DNA of 53,555 nt from a candidate division WWE3 bacterium GW2011_GWC2_41_23 (GTDB taxonomy: Bacteria; Patescibacteriota; WWE3; UBA101185; UBA10185). The stretch covers positions 1 through 53,555 of the forward strand of contig LCBB01000007.1 of NCBI GenBank assembly GCA_000996895.1. Direction: 5' to 3'. Below are positions 36,261 through 46,783 of the stretch, one piece after another; the first letter of the stretch is position 1; the number at the start of each line of letters is the position of its first letter. The notes under the pieces are model-generated. The model searched no databases and had not been told where the DNA came from. It was given only the letters and a program-made list of their open reading frames with translations. Both the position numbers and the translations under genes were made by a program.

Positions 36261-39200
36261 ATGAGGTACAAATACCTGATTGGAAAATATATTTATTCCT
36301 TTTTGTTAGTGGTTTTTGCTGCCACCGTAATAGCGCCGGAAGGTAACGCGGCTGACATCACCAGCTCTATGGATCTCTTTGAACCCGGTACTACGTGCCG
36401 CAATCTTGAAGAAGACCCGCGTTTAGGAGTAGTATGCGGAGTCGTAAGAAGCGCTACTCCGAGAGATGTAGAAACCGCAAACGGAATTGCAACACACCCC
36501 AACGCTCCCGCAAAAGGTGTTTCCGTTTATATCTACGAATGCGAAGCAAATTCTCCGACTTGCAAGTTCCAAGGAAATTTAACAAACCCCTTTTCTTCAA
36601 CGTCAACAGATGAAAACGGATATTACAGTCTTACTTTTAGAAAAATCGGGAACAACCAAATTAGATACCTTGCCTTTGTCTGCGATAACAAGCTCGCGGG
36701 ACTGTACAAAGTCCCTTCATTCACAAGCTTCGTATTGAATACCCCTCTCAAATGCCCTGAAACCTCAACTTACAAGGCTCCATCGCAATATCTGGACCCT
36801 GTAGCCCCCGGGTCTTTTCTAAGCTGTGATATAAAAAGACCGGATCCTCTGGCTACCGACTCCCCGGTTTCTTTCGAAGGCTACTTCGGAAAGGAGCTGC
36901 AACCTCAAGTGGAGTATAACTTTACGTTGGGTGTAGATGCCGCGGACTCGAGGTATATGCCTAGGGGGAGTGTGTTTGGAGACGGTACGGATAGTTTGTT
37001 AAACCCTGACAAGGAAGCGCCGGATAGAGGAGCTTTTTATTACAGCGACTGTCTTCTAGTTTATAAAGATTGGCCTAATGTCAACCAGCTTTGCCTTAGA
37101 CCGAGTAAAGAAACCCCCTCCGATGAAGAATTGAGTGAATATGAGGAGGCTCTCTACACAGAACCCCGTTTTACAACTATGAATTTTCTACCCAACATAC
37201 CAATAAAAAGTACCTTACTTTTTTTCAAAGATTTGACTGCCCGCCAGGATGTTGTGAGCTATGTGCAAAATCCTACCGCTCCCGCCCAACTACTCCACAC
37301 CATATTTAGCAACTGTAAGGGAAGCGTTTACCTCAGAAAGTGGGATGACCCCGACAAAACAAATACTCTCCCTGATTGTGCAGAGCTAAAGTCGTGCAAT
37401 ACCGCGTCATCGGGATATGAAGGAGATTATAGAAACAGACAATACAGCGCAGGACCGGCAAGAAACTTAGCAAACCCGGCCATCTTACGTGCAGAATCAG
37501 AAGCATATTTAGTTCCGGGGAGTACGCTTGTTGAAACTGAAGTGTGCACACATATAGGAAAAAAGATAAAAATAAAAGACATTCAGCCTCCGTGGGATTA
37601 CTGCCAACTAGGAACGGCAGGATGCGGCTACATCCTGGATAAAACGTACTGGAACCCCGAATTTGCTTATCTTTACGGTATAAAAGGAACATCAATGAAG
37701 ATGGGCTATGGATTTGAAGGACTAAACGATACTTACTGGGCTCCCGGGGCGTCTGCAAACGCAAACCAAATAGCTTTCACGCCCGGGAATGAAAAGGCAG
37801 GAATTCCCGTTAAGGGAGGAACCTATTACTCGGATAATAATTATTCGTTGAATAACGGTTTAACGCCTATGAGTGGGGGGATACTGTCCACAGACCTAGC
37901 GGTATCCGCAGAATCTGACGGCATTAAACGCCCGCTAGCTTATGTTCTCCAACGTCCGGGGGAAACACTGGCAGATAAAGCAATATACCAACAGGGGGCT
38001 GTAAAAATAGAGGACGCGGGCTCAAATCTCCTAGAGTACTGCGAAAACTCGAATGTAAACCCTCAACACACTTCGAACTTAGAAGAATTTACATCGGCAA
38101 GTCAGGACACATTACTCATAAATAACTGGTTTAGAGGGAATCAGGATCACTATTTTCAAAATTTGATAGATCTCTTATTTCCTGATAAAAGTGCTCAAAC
38201 CGCCACCACGACCATATTCAGGACAACCGCGGGGATTAATAGAACACAGGCACTGGAAGAGAACGTCGCAACTATTAACAGATTCGACGCATACGACAGT
38301 CTGCTGACCACCGCTCATGGAGAGGGTATGTATGACGCAGGTTTGGGAGCCGCCCTGTACCAGTTGGCGCTACAATACCTCTGGCCCGGCACTAGTGAAA
38401 CAGGAAAATCTTACTTTGACAGAAAGAGTCCTTACCCCCTCGAAGATGGCCAAAGAATTGACGACCTGACAGTAACGTTTGATTTAAGTGAGGATAATTT
38501 CACAGATATTTTCAAGCTACCGAACGACGGGCATGTAGAGAATGCTGATTGGGGGACAAACAACGACAACGTCTGTTATCCCTGGAACGATATAGGGGTC
38601 AATGGGTACTGCTATCAAGATTTCGAAGTAAAATATAGCGTAATACCAAAAGAAATAACCAGAACATGCAAAGTAGCAAACTGCGAAGTTTTCGAAATAG
38701 GCACCGGGTGTGACTGGTGTGTCTATGAAGGAGGAGATCTCAAGTTTGACTGCTATAAAAATAGTGGTTTAGTGGGAGATTGTTCGGCTAGTGACCAATA
38801 TGACCTCGGGGCGGTTGGCCCGGACACATACTTTAGTGAAGCGTGCGCTAAGGTGAAAATAGACTGCATGCCGGGACCGGGGAGCGCACTCCAAAGCTGC
38901 ATTGAAGACAACTACGAGCTCAAAGATATCCCTGAAGCAACGTGTCCTACCAGCGGTTACTGGAATGTTAACTGGAGTGGGGTGTATGAACGATATCCCG
39001 AGTGGGATCAATATGACTACGAGATGGGCATGCTGCAAATTTCTTGTGAAGAGGGGTATTGTAATGCCCCGAGTTGGGGTGACGCCCGTAGATGCAAGGA
39101 TCAATATGGAGATTTTCACGAAGAATTCGAAATATCCTGTACTGTAGGTGTGGAAAAGGAAACCTCAAGAGCTCCGGCATGCAACATGCAAGATGCAGGT

Positions 39201-40259
39201 CCCTACGCATGCTCTGCAGACATAGATAAAGACTCGAATTTTAAACAAACTCAAGAAATATTAAGAGGATACGAAGGAGAAACCTACAATGTAGACAGCA
39301 CAGTTCTTATCAACAATGAGATCTGGAAAAAACTGGCAAGACCCGGAAACAAAACTTATGGAACTCTGGCCTTTTCCTCTGCTGACACGTCTGTAACCCC
39401 AGCCGGCACAGACAACAAGAACACCAACAGAAACAAAGATATATCGGGTTTTGGGGGAGCCTCTCCTGAGTATAAGATGATATCCGCGCACGCACTGTAC
39501 GTTAACTACTTCACCGGCGGAGAAGATATTTATTACCACTGCAACAACTCGGAAAAGGGGTGGTTCGGAACCTGGACCTGCCCTCTCTTGCCGGTACCCA
39601 AGCCCCCGATAATTGACTTTGCTACGCTCACTTCAAACCTAGAAACAGCGTGCACCCTGTCTACCAACAGTACATGCCAAGTCAAGTTCGATGATACAGG
39701 AAACATAGGCGCCCTATCCCCTGCGTTCATAGGAATTGTAAACGCGGCGGCTGACAAGTTTAAGGTACCCGCAGCTTCGATACTTACGTATCTTAGTGTA
39801 ATAAATAAAACTAAAATACCTTTATACCAGCAACTTTTCTCCCTGGCAGGACAAACAACTCTACTGGATGGCAGTTTACCTTGGTACGGAAGACTACCCC
39901 AATGTGACGATAATAATACCGCTGCTATTGGTCCGTATGACTGGATAAAAACTTGGTTTGACAAGACTATCGCACTGGATTCATACAAAAACGCTTTCGT
40001 CGGACTATCGGATGGAAGAGCGGAAATAGCTTCAAGGTGTAATTTCTTAGATGCCACGTTCGCCGCGGCAGCTGCGTTAACGAACGGGGGTAATCAATGT
40101 CAACCGTGGACTTGGGATGACGCATTCCCAAAAATTGAACAACTTGCTTTTGGAACAGCGGGCGCAGGTTCTCCCGACGAAGGAGGGGATTATTGGGCCG
40201 AAAAAAGATCCCTCTGGGAATCTTGCTACGGGGGAACGCTGGATAGACTCCCAGAATAA
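36261..40259 (+). CDS. giant secreted protein (1332 aa) with an N-terminal CarboxypepD_reg-like domain and a Cys-rich central region
   Basis: Signal peptide (LLVVFAATVIAPEGNAAD). GVSVYIYE...TDENGYYSLTF resembles a carboxypeptidase-regulatory-like beta-sandwich. About 26 Cys fall between aa 770 and 960. The C-terminal AAIGPYDWIKTWF weakly recalls the G-P-M-Q-F-x-x-x-T-W motif of lytic transglycosylases. Confidence 0.8.
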   Translation: MRYKYLIGKYIYSFLLVVFAATVIAPEGNAADITSSMDLFEPGTTCRNLEEDPRLGVVCGVVRSATPRDVETANGIATHPNAPAKGVSVYIYECEANSPTCKFQGNLTNPFSSTSTDENGYYSLTFRKIGNNQIRYLAFVCDNKLAGLYKVPSFTSFVLNTPLKCPETSTYKAPSQYLDPVAPGSFLSCDIKRPDPLATDSPVSFEGYFGKELQPQVEYNFTLGVDAADSRYMPRGSVFGDGTDSLLNPDKEAPDRGAFYYSDCLLVYKDWPNVNQLCLRPSKETPSDEELSEYEEALYTEPRFTTMNFLPNIPIKSTLLFFKDLTARQDVVSYVQNPTAPAQLLHTIFSNCKGSVYLRKWDDPDKTNTLPDCAELKSCNTASSGYEGDYRNRQYSAGPARNLANPAILRAESEAYLVPGSTLVETEVCTHIGKKIKIKDIQPPWDYCQLGTAGCGYILDKTYWNPEFAYLYGIKGTSMKMGYGFEGLNDTYWAPGASANANQIAFTPGNEKAGIPVKGGTYYSDNNYSLNNGLTPMSGGILSTDLAVSAESDGIKRPLAYVLQRPGETLADKAIYQQGAVKIEDAGSNLLEYCENSNVNPQHTSNLEEFTSASQDTLLINNWFRGNQDHYFQNLIDLLFPDKSAQTATTTIFRTTAGINRTQALEENVATINRFDAYDSLLTTAHGEGMYDAGLGAALYQLALQYLWPGTSETGKSYFDRKSPYPLEDGQRIDDLTVTFDLSEDNFTDIFKLPNDGHVENADWGTNNDNVCYPWNDIGVNGYCYQDFEVKYSVIPKEITRTCKVANCEVFEIGTGCDWCVYEGGDLKFDCYKNSGLVGDCSASDQYDLGAVGPDTYFSEACAKVKIDCMPGPGSALQSCIEDNYELKDIPEATCPTSGYWNVNWSGVYERYPEWDQYDYEMGMLQISCEEGYCNAPSWGDARRCKDQYGDFHEEFEISCTVGVEKETSRAPACNMQDAGPYACSADIDKDSNFKQTQEILRGYEGETYNVDSTVLINNEIWKKLARPGNKTYGTLAFSSADTSVTPAGTDNKNTNRNKDISGFGGASPEYKMISAHALYVNYFTGGEDIYYHCNNSEKGWFGTWTCPLLPVPKPPIIDFATLTSNLETACTLSTNSTCQVKFDDTGNIGALSPAFIGIVNAAADKFKVPAASILTYLSVINKTKIPLYQQLFSLAGQTTLLDGSLPWYGRLPQCDDNNTAAIGPYDWIKTWFDKTIALDSYKNAFVGLSDGRAEIASRCNFLDATFAAAAALTNGGNQCQPWTWDDAFPKIEQLAFGTAGAGSPDEGGDYWAEKRSLWESCYGGTLDRLPE

Positions 40260-40337
40260 AGATTACCAACGCAACAGCGCATTAACACAAATCACAACAA
40301 TGGGGGAATACATCCGTACACTTCTTATCTTCGAAAA

Positions 40338-41657
40338 CTATCTCTTCTTCTGTCCGGTGCCCAGAAACTCCTCTACTCTTTTTTCCATGCCGATTCCTAT
40401 ACCAAAACAGTAGAGAATTATAAAAACCGGGACGACCATCGCAAAAAGAGCTCCCGCACCCCCAGACGTTTCCGTCGCGTACCCCTCAACAACCAAAATC
40501 GCAATAATCGTACCTAGAGGAACAATAATACCCATTCCGAACAATGTAATGACATATTTAAACATGCGCATAAACCATGCCTTAAACTTATCATCATTAC
40601 CCGGAACAGCTGCAAGAGCAAATTCAATCGGAGCCGTGAGTATAGAGAAAACAATCTTCAAATACAGGATGATTGCCTTGAAATTATAAATAAGTCCGGC
40701 AATCAAGTAGATAATAATTATCAACAGAATAAACAGCAGGAACAAAGGGGCGTTACCTACAAGTACTTGCAGGGGTATTAAAAGCGCCCACATCTTTAAA
40801 GAACCCGCGTCTACAAATTTTGCGGCTTCCGTATCTTTAAGAGTATCCACAAATATACTCCCCGCAATAGCCCAATTACTCTTAAACAAGGTCCACCCCA
40901 AACTACCGAGTGTCGCCCCAATAGGATAACTGAATGTTATTAAAATAATTGCGATCACGATTCTGGGCAAGGCGTACTGAACACTTACAACTAACTGACT
41001 GGATATTTTCCTTCTAAGAATAATAATTATTCCCGTATACAAGAGAATCAAAGCCATTGCGGCGTAGGCAAGATTTCGGAACACTTTCCAAGCATTAAGA
41101 ATAGAGTTTAGCAGCGCGTGCCCATAACCATCGGTGGCAGCGTAGGTTTTATTTATTATGGGTATTCTGGAAATAGTGTCGTTCACATAAAAAGCAAGGT
41201 TGGCGGGTAAAGGTTCCCTGTGTGTGAAATCCTCAGCCATATAAGCTAGCCCTAAAAGAGTGCCCGAACTTCTGTTGGCGTAATATTTGTCAAGCCAGTT
41301 ACTTCCTGTTGGTCCCGGAAGAGTATTGGTAATTTCCTGACAAGTTTGATCGGCAGTACCACCGCACTGTGCAAAATCCGAATCCGCCTCAATTTCAAGC
41401 TTATCAAAAATGTAGGAAGAACACCCCACTGTTTCGGTCACACCGTAGCCTGAAACCGTGCTATAAGCAGAAGTAGCAACTGATGTTACGAAATCTTTTG
41501 TGGTAAGAGGAATTCCAATGATATCACTTAGTAAATTCTTATCGAACATGTTCTGTTCAACTAAGCAGGGGTCTGCGGCAAATACTTTATTTACTCCCGG
41601 AATAAACATCAGTGAAAAAATCGCTATGGTTAATAAAGTTTTTGTTGGTTTACTCAT
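40338..41657 (-). CDS. polytopic membrane protein with an N-terminal extracytoplasmic domain (VirB6/TrbL-like topology, putative)
   Basis: Signal peptide (FIPGVNKVFAADP), an external domain of about 190 aa, then 6-7 TM helices. The functional call rests on topology and context only. Confidence 0.4.
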   Translation of the reverse strand: MSKPTKTLLTIAIFSLMFIPGVNKVFAADPCLVEQNMFDKNLLSDIIGIPLTTKDFVTSVATSAYSTVSGYGVTETVGCSSYIFDKLEIEADSDFAQCGGTADQTCQEITNTLPGPTGSNWLDKYYANRSSGTLLGLAYMAEDFTHREPLPANLAFYVNDTISRIPIINKTYAATDGYGHALLNSILNAWKVFRNLAYAAMALILLYTGIIIILRRKISSQLVVSVQYALPRIVIAIILITFSYPIGATLGSLGWTLFKSNWAIAGSIFVDTLKDTEAAKFVDAGSLKMWALLIPLQVLVGNAPLFLLFILLIIIIYLIAGLIYNFKAIILYLKIVFSILTAPIEFALAAVPGNDDKFKAWFMRMFKYVITLFGMGIIVPLGTIIAILVVEGYATETSGGAGALFAMVVPVFIILYCFGIGIGMEKRVEEFLGTGQKKR

Positions 41658-41714
41658 TAAATCCTTTAAATAAATGGTTTCCTTTTTGTCCCCCTAATTA
41701 TAGAATACTATTAT

Positions 41715-44700
41715 ATGCCAGACAATCCCCTATTTCCAGGGTACATACCAAGAAAAGACGGCGATTTCAATAATCCGCTATTCCCGGGGTATGCGGAGGG
41801 GCAACGAGCCTACAGACCGGCGCCGGGAACTCCCCTAGGAAAATACGAATATAACGCAGATTATTGGCTAGAACAGCTGGATCAAATGTCCATAGACACC
41901 GGAAATTTTCCTAAATGGTTTTTAGACAGGTACGTCGACGACTTCAAACGAAATCTTAGGGCAATGTATAGCGTAGAGAACATCCCTGTCGAACAAATGG
42001 ATGATTATGACCAGGATGTTATGCCCGGAGTTACAAGTGTAAGTCTTTCTCTCGACCCGGCTGAGTGGAAAGATCCGGGTAAAGTTGTTGAAAGTACAGT
42101 AAAAAGCTGGATAAAAGCGGGTACCGGGTTGAAATTCAACAAAGAAGGTTGGGGCCTTCAACCGGGGTTAATAGACCTTTCCGACTACGATAACAATGTA
42201 AGAACTGCCTTGTGGAAAGCGGCGTTTGGGGTGCAGGAAGAATCGGACTTGAGTGAGTTAGGCAGAATCGGTGGCCGTTCGATAGCTGAAACTACAAGAG
42301 CTATGGCAGGCGATGCCTCCGGAGCAACCGGAGTATTCAATTTCAGACCCGCGGACTATGTCGTAAGTGGAAAAAATGCATACCAGGAAATGGCAAAAAG
42401 TGCCGTCGACGTAGAAAGGTACATTAAAGCAGGACCGAAAAGAGACTCCAAGCACGACGCGTTTCTAGGTGCATTCACAGAGGCACTTTCAGAGGAGCTG
42501 GACGGCAAAATACCGGAGGTAGACGAGCAGGGAGCTCCGAAACGGGACTCAAGCGGTAAATTAATCTATCAAAAAATTACTGTTACCAAGAAAGACAAAG
42601 CCGGAAACGACGTGAAAATCAAAGATTCTGACGGAAACTACACGGTAGAAAAGTTAGAAATTGATAAAACCAGAAAAGAGCTTTTTGCGGAACTCTTCGA
42701 AGACCCCGTTGAAAGAGAAAACTTCAGACGGGCTACTGCTGTGTTTTCAGCGCGCCAGGACATGGCGTCGAGAATGAAACTCAGTAACGACTTGGTATTC
42801 GCGAAGTTTGGACTAAAAGGGTTTCTTGACGCGCGTATATCCAAACATCCCGAGGAAAAAAATAGAGGTGAAGATATTGTACCGGAAAGTGGGGTAACAA
42901 GATTTCAGGACAGACTGTCCAACCTTAAGGAAGGGTTACAAAAAAGCATCGGTATAAACGAACTAGGGGTTGCGACCGGAGACGGAAACATCGACAAGAT
43001 ATCAAACGGTTTGAGGGGAATCGACATAAAAGACCTCGGCCTCGCAGCAGTTGCAGACGACCTCAAAAAATCCGGAGATGCATATAAAGAGTACCTTCAA
43101 CAAGTTTGGGAAGCATTTAATAAGTTCGAAGGCAAAGAGATAAAAAACGGAGTTGTGAAAAATGTTAATAAAATCTCGGAAAGAGAACTTCTCAACATTC
43201 TCCAAAACATTAAGGTTAAGGGTAAAGGCCTGGTAGGCGGAGATATTATTACTCCGAGCATACATCGCGATTTATTAAGAAAAATAGACAGCGATGTAAC
43301 ACTTCCGGGAAAATTCGGTAAGGTTGAAAAAAGATTGCAAATAGGTGCCTACCTTCCAAAACTTGAATCCCTGACAGCAACCGAGCGGGATAACGACGGA
43401 GACCTAAAAATCTCAAAGCTATTTGAGGAAAACGGGTTATCCCCCTACAAAGGCTTTTTCGGAAACCAGGCCCGAATGGTTGCAAGCAGACTTGAATTAG
43501 ACCGCAGCTCCTACGCTATCGAAGAATTTTATGACGCTGTTACGCAGGGTAAGTTTATGGAAAGGTTTGTTTGGAACAGAATTTCCACAAAGCTTGTAGG
43601 CTATACCCCAGGCGAGCTTTTGAAGAACGGGCTCACGAAAGTAGGATATTTTGGGCTGAATATAGATGACGACCACGTTTCTAACAAGCTCAGAAACAAC
43701 GTTTTATTTAATAGCGCCTTCCGTTACAAATTCAACATCAAACTAGAGGAATACGGTGAAAAAGCAAAATTCGTGGGGGATAAAAGACTGGCCTTTATCG
43801 AAACCCACTCCATTTTTTTAGCAAATTTGAAAAACAACCTCAGCGCGCAAGATTTAGCAGACCTTCTCTCAGGAAAAGTAGATCTTTTTGATGCAAAAGG
43901 CAATATCCTTCAAAGGTTCAGGGATAAAGTACCCGGGATGTGGGTACAAGATACATATCAAGGAAGGTACATACAAGGACAGCTGGTCAAGTTCAGATCG
44001 TGGCTCAGTGAAGTAAAACCATTCGGAATCGACATCGACCATATGAAAGAAGGGGACGAAGATAAACTACTGGCACTCTTCAAAGCTTTGGGTAAGGAAA
44101 ATAGTTTTTACGGAACTTTGGGTATTACGACAGAATACGCCGGCGCAATACAACGTCTTGGAATGGCGTTAAATAAACTTCAGAAAAAAATATTCGGAAG
44201 CGATATATTCAAAAAGGCTGTACTCCCCGTCCTTCAATTAAAAACAATTATCGCTGAAAGAGTCTCAAAATTTACAGCCGATGTCCTCGCGGCACTGGCG
44301 ACAAAGGGTATACACGTACTGACCGGGGGAGCTACCACTATCTTCGACAAATTGATCGAAAAGATTTTAAAGCCCCTTATACGTTTTATGACGAGAAAAG
44401 CAGTTGAGTTCGCTCAAAACTTCGTGGGGGCACTTGCGCAAGGTGACATCAGTAGAGCTATGGCGCAGGTAGATAAAGAGATTGCGCAGGTCGTCAAGTT
44501 CTCTATGTACGTAATCGGCATCCCGCTTATATTTATCTACATCCTTGTTTACGGACTTTTCGGAACAGTCTTAAACTCGATATCTCCCATAGACCCGACG
44601 AGGGATAATATGGGCTACGGAGGAAACCTTGCAGGTGGAGCGCTTCCGCAAGGCGAGAACGCCTTAATAAAAATTGAGAAGGATTTACAGGTATTTGCGA

Positions 44701-45617
44701 AGGGATCCCAAGTTGTTTCGGATATAAATCCGATAAGTGTCCCAAACGACGCTGTGGGATTCACTTTAAAGTATACGATTAAAGTAACCGCAAAGGTTGA
44801 CATTGCAGACACACCTATAGTTATAACAGACACATTAACCCGTCTGGCTGACGGTGAGGTGCCTGTACCAGGATACGAAACTCCAACACAAATAGAAATT
44901 GCCCCTTCTTATGTAGCAGGTGTAACCACAGAGTATGTTTTTGAGGTAAACAATCTCGACGGAGAATTTGCCAGGGATTCTCTTATAAAAAACGAGCTTT
45001 CTGCTACTACACCTGAGTTTGAAGGGACTCCGGAAGATACCGTCGTGTACACCAGATACCTAAGAGTTGGGACGCCTAAAATACCTCTGGATTGCTTTGT
45101 CTTTGAAAATATTCCGGCAAACGAAATGCCCTACTTTGAAAACGCAGTGATTTTAATTGCGCAAAAAACGGGACCCTTCTTAGCTAACCTGTGCGCGGGC
45201 GCGGGCACAGTGAAAATACAACGTGTGGTAGCCAACGACTGGGGGTGGGCTTACTGTCCTAACCGTATTACCTTCGGAAACGCAGGTGTAGCTTACGGTT
45301 ACTACACAACCCAAAGTAAACTAAACTATTTTTTGGCACACGAGCTGGGACATATATGGGAATGCACTTTCGGTCTTCCACCAGGATTTTATGATGTCTT
45401 CAACTCTAGGGAAGGTGCTCTCCCAACATACGACATGGTCGAAACCTGCGGAATAAATACGAACATATCAGAAGATTTTGCCGAAACTATAGGCGACTTC
45501 ATGACGATAAACACTTTCGGAGGGTGCCACGGAGGAGGAGCTCCTTCAGATTATGATGCTTTTTGGAGGTTATACCCCGCACACTATAGATTTATGAACG
45601 AGATATTATTACAATAA
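41715..45617 (+). CDS. 1300-aa single-TM protein: large N-terminal cytoplasmic region, one TM, extracellular C-domain with an HExxH zinc-metallopeptidase motif
   Basis: No signal peptide. NPLFPGY is duplicated at the N-terminus. The single TM FSMYVIGIPLIFIYILVYGLFGTVL is at aa 929-953 (44499-44573). An Ig-like stretch (FTLKYTIKVTAKVDIADTPIVITDTL) follows, and HELGH is at 45339-45353. Confidence 0.8.
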   Translation: MPDNPLFPGYIPRKDGDFNNPLFPGYAEGQRAYRPAPGTPLGKYEYNADYWLEQLDQMSIDTGNFPKWFLDRYVDDFKRNLRAMYSVENIPVEQMDDYDQDVMPGVTSVSLSLDPAEWKDPGKVVESTVKSWIKAGTGLKFNKEGWGLQPGLIDLSDYDNNVRTALWKAAFGVQEESDLSELGRIGGRSIAETTRAMAGDASGATGVFNFRPADYVVSGKNAYQEMAKSAVDVERYIKAGPKRDSKHDAFLGAFTEALSEELDGKIPEVDEQGAPKRDSSGKLIYQKITVTKKDKAGNDVKIKDSDGNYTVEKLEIDKTRKELFAELFEDPVERENFRRATAVFSARQDMASRMKLSNDLVFAKFGLKGFLDARISKHPEEKNRGEDIVPESGVTRFQDRLSNLKEGLQKSIGINELGVATGDGNIDKISNGLRGIDIKDLGLAAVADDLKKSGDAYKEYLQQVWEAFNKFEGKEIKNGVVKNVNKISERELLNILQNIKVKGKGLVGGDIITPSIHRDLLRKIDSDVTLPGKFGKVEKRLQIGAYLPKLESLTATERDNDGDLKISKLFEENGLSPYKGFFGNQARMVASRLELDRSSYAIEEFYDAVTQGKFMERFVWNRISTKLVGYTPGELLKNGLTKVGYFGLNIDDDHVSNKLRNNVLFNSAFRYKFNIKLEEYGEKAKFVGDKRLAFIETHSIFLANLKNNLSAQDLADLLSGKVDLFDAKGNILQRFRDKVPGMWVQDTYQGRYIQGQLVKFRSWLSEVKPFGIDIDHMKEGDEDKLLALFKALGKENSFYGTLGITTEYAGAIQRLGMALNKLQKKIFGSDIFKKAVLPVLQLKTIIAERVSKFTADVLAALATKGIHVLTGGATTIFDKLIEKILKPLIRFMTRKAVEFAQNFVGALAQGDISRAMAQVDKEIAQVVKFSMYVIGIPLIFIYILVYGLFGTVLNSISPIDPTRDNMGYGGNLAGGALPQGENALIKIEKDLQVFAKGSQVVSDINPISVPNDAVGFTLKYTIKVTAKVDIADTPIVITDTLTRLADGEVPVPGYETPTQIEIAPSYVAGVTTEYVFEVNNLDGEFARDSLIKNELSATTPEFEGTPEDTVVYTRYLRVGTPKIPLDCFVFENIPANEMPYFENAVILIAQKTGPFLANLCAGAGTVKIQRVVANDWGWAYCPNRITFGNAGVAYGYYTTQSKLNYFLAHELGHIWECTFGLPPGFYDVFNSREGALPTYDMVETCGINTNISEDFAETIGDFMTINTFGGCHGGGAPSDYDAFWRLYPAHYRFMNEILLQ

Positions 45618-45624
45618 CAACGAA

Positions 45625-46227
45625 ATGAAAAAATACACCATATACATCAAAAAATACTTTCCATTTATTATCTTGCTTGTTATCGGTATTATAATTTTTT
45701 CGGTAAAAGGTCCCCGGCAACCCGGGAGTGTCGGCATCCCTGCAAAATATCTTACAGAAAAACAAAAATTTATCGAGGTAGTACCTCTCGACAGTTCTAT
45801 TGGTAAAAATATATCCGACATCGAGGAAACAACACCGGAACTTGTTGTCAAAAACAAAGAACCTCCGAGAGCGGGATTAACCCAAACGTATTTGTATGAC
45901 AATAAAAACGCGATCGCCTTCCAAACGGTATCGGACGAAACAGGAAAAATACTCGCTATTTCAAGGACACCTTTATCTGAACCTGAGAGAGATGCAGATA
46001 GCCTTATGAGAACACTGGGCGTCGGAGCGCCTGAGGGGGTAATGTATCCTAAAGGAGCTATTATGGGAACCGCATACGTTTATCCGAGCATCGGTGTAGC
46101 ATTCGTATTTAATATAGAAACTAGGCAAGTTCACTCCGTTATTAACTTCGAAATAATGTCTCTAACCCAATTTAAACAAATGTTCTCAACTGTATACCAG
46201 GACACGCCTGACAAGAGTGCTTATTAG
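45625..46227 (+). CDS. hypothetical membrane-anchored protein (200 aa)
   Basis: N-terminal TM FPFIILLVIGIIIFSV. It starts 8 nt after the 1300-aa gene, so it is probably co-transcribed. Confidence 0.7.
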   Translation: MKKYTIYIKKYFPFIILLVIGIIIFSVKGPRQPGSVGIPAKYLTEKQKFIEVVPLDSSIGKNISDIEETTPELVVKNKEPPRAGLTQTYLYDNKNAIAFQTVSDETGKILAISRTPLSEPERDADSLMRTLGVGAPEGVMYPKGAIMGTAYVYPSIGVAFVFNIETRQVHSVINFEIMSLTQFKQMFSTVYQDTPDKSAY

Positions 46228-46290
46228 CGAAGAACGACGCTGTTAATTTTAATAGGGAAAGAAAACGCTTACTCAATATAAATCAACAAA

Positions 46291-46773
46291 TTAAGGAGTC
46301 GTTGGCGGAGCCGGGGTTGACACATCAGTGAAATCTTTAATACCTTGTATAATTCCCGAAAATATATCGGCAAAGCCTATTTTAAAACCAAAAAATCCTG
46401 AGACTATAGTAAAAAGAGCATAAAAACCGGCAATAATAATTACACCGAAAAGGGCGTAAGTCCAAGTACTTTTTGCAGAATCGAGACCGCGGGGGTCACC
46501 CAAAGCCATAGAAGCTTTCCAGGCACCGTACGCAACCACAACAACGAATACTATTCCAACAAGGTACACGACCCAGTTCATTATTCTGATAAGAATGGTT
46601 CCAAAGTTATCCCACGTGGGATCATTCATATCAACTGCCGGCGGCGTGGGGTCTTCAGGAGCAAATGCAGCAAGAGTTCCGTGACCGGTAGAAACATAAA
46701 ATACCACTCCTACTAATAGAAGACGTAAAATAAATTTTGTGCTTGGTTTTTTTAAAAAATCGATCATAAACAT
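46291..46773 (-). CDS. T4SS-pilin-like (VirB2/TrbC-type) protein, paralog 4 in operon order
   Basis: Signal peptide, then two hydrophobic helices joined by a short polar loop with the motif AYGAWKASMALGDPRGLDSAKSTWTYALFG. Confidence 0.6.
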   Translation of the reverse strand: MFMIDFLKKPSTKFILRLLLVGVVFYVSTGHGTLAAFAPEDPTPPAVDMNDPTWDNFGTILIRIMNWVVYLVGIVFVVVVAYGAWKASMALGDPRGLDSAKSTWTYALFGVIIIAGFYALFTIVSGFFGFKIGFADIFSGIIQGIKDFTDVSTPAPPTTP

Positions 46774-46783
46774 ACCTAGTCTA

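Noticed and set aside
38388-38411. Walker-A-like string GTSETGKS in the 1332-aa protein, and a second one, GRADSGKS, in the SpoIID protein near 49720
   Set aside because: Both lie in secreted or extracytoplasmic regions without a P-loop NTPase context (no Walker B, no beta-strand/helix pattern). The second lies within the conserved SpoIID block. I judge both to be chance matches, so they do not supply the missing ATPase.
39533-40057. 174-aa minus ORF, plus other ORFs (36293-36502, 37333-37764, 38769-39539, 39967-40269) inside the 1332-aa gene
   Set aside because: They are nested antisense in a long, uninterrupted 4-kb ORF with a signal peptide. A 4-kb open frame is very unlikely to arise by chance.
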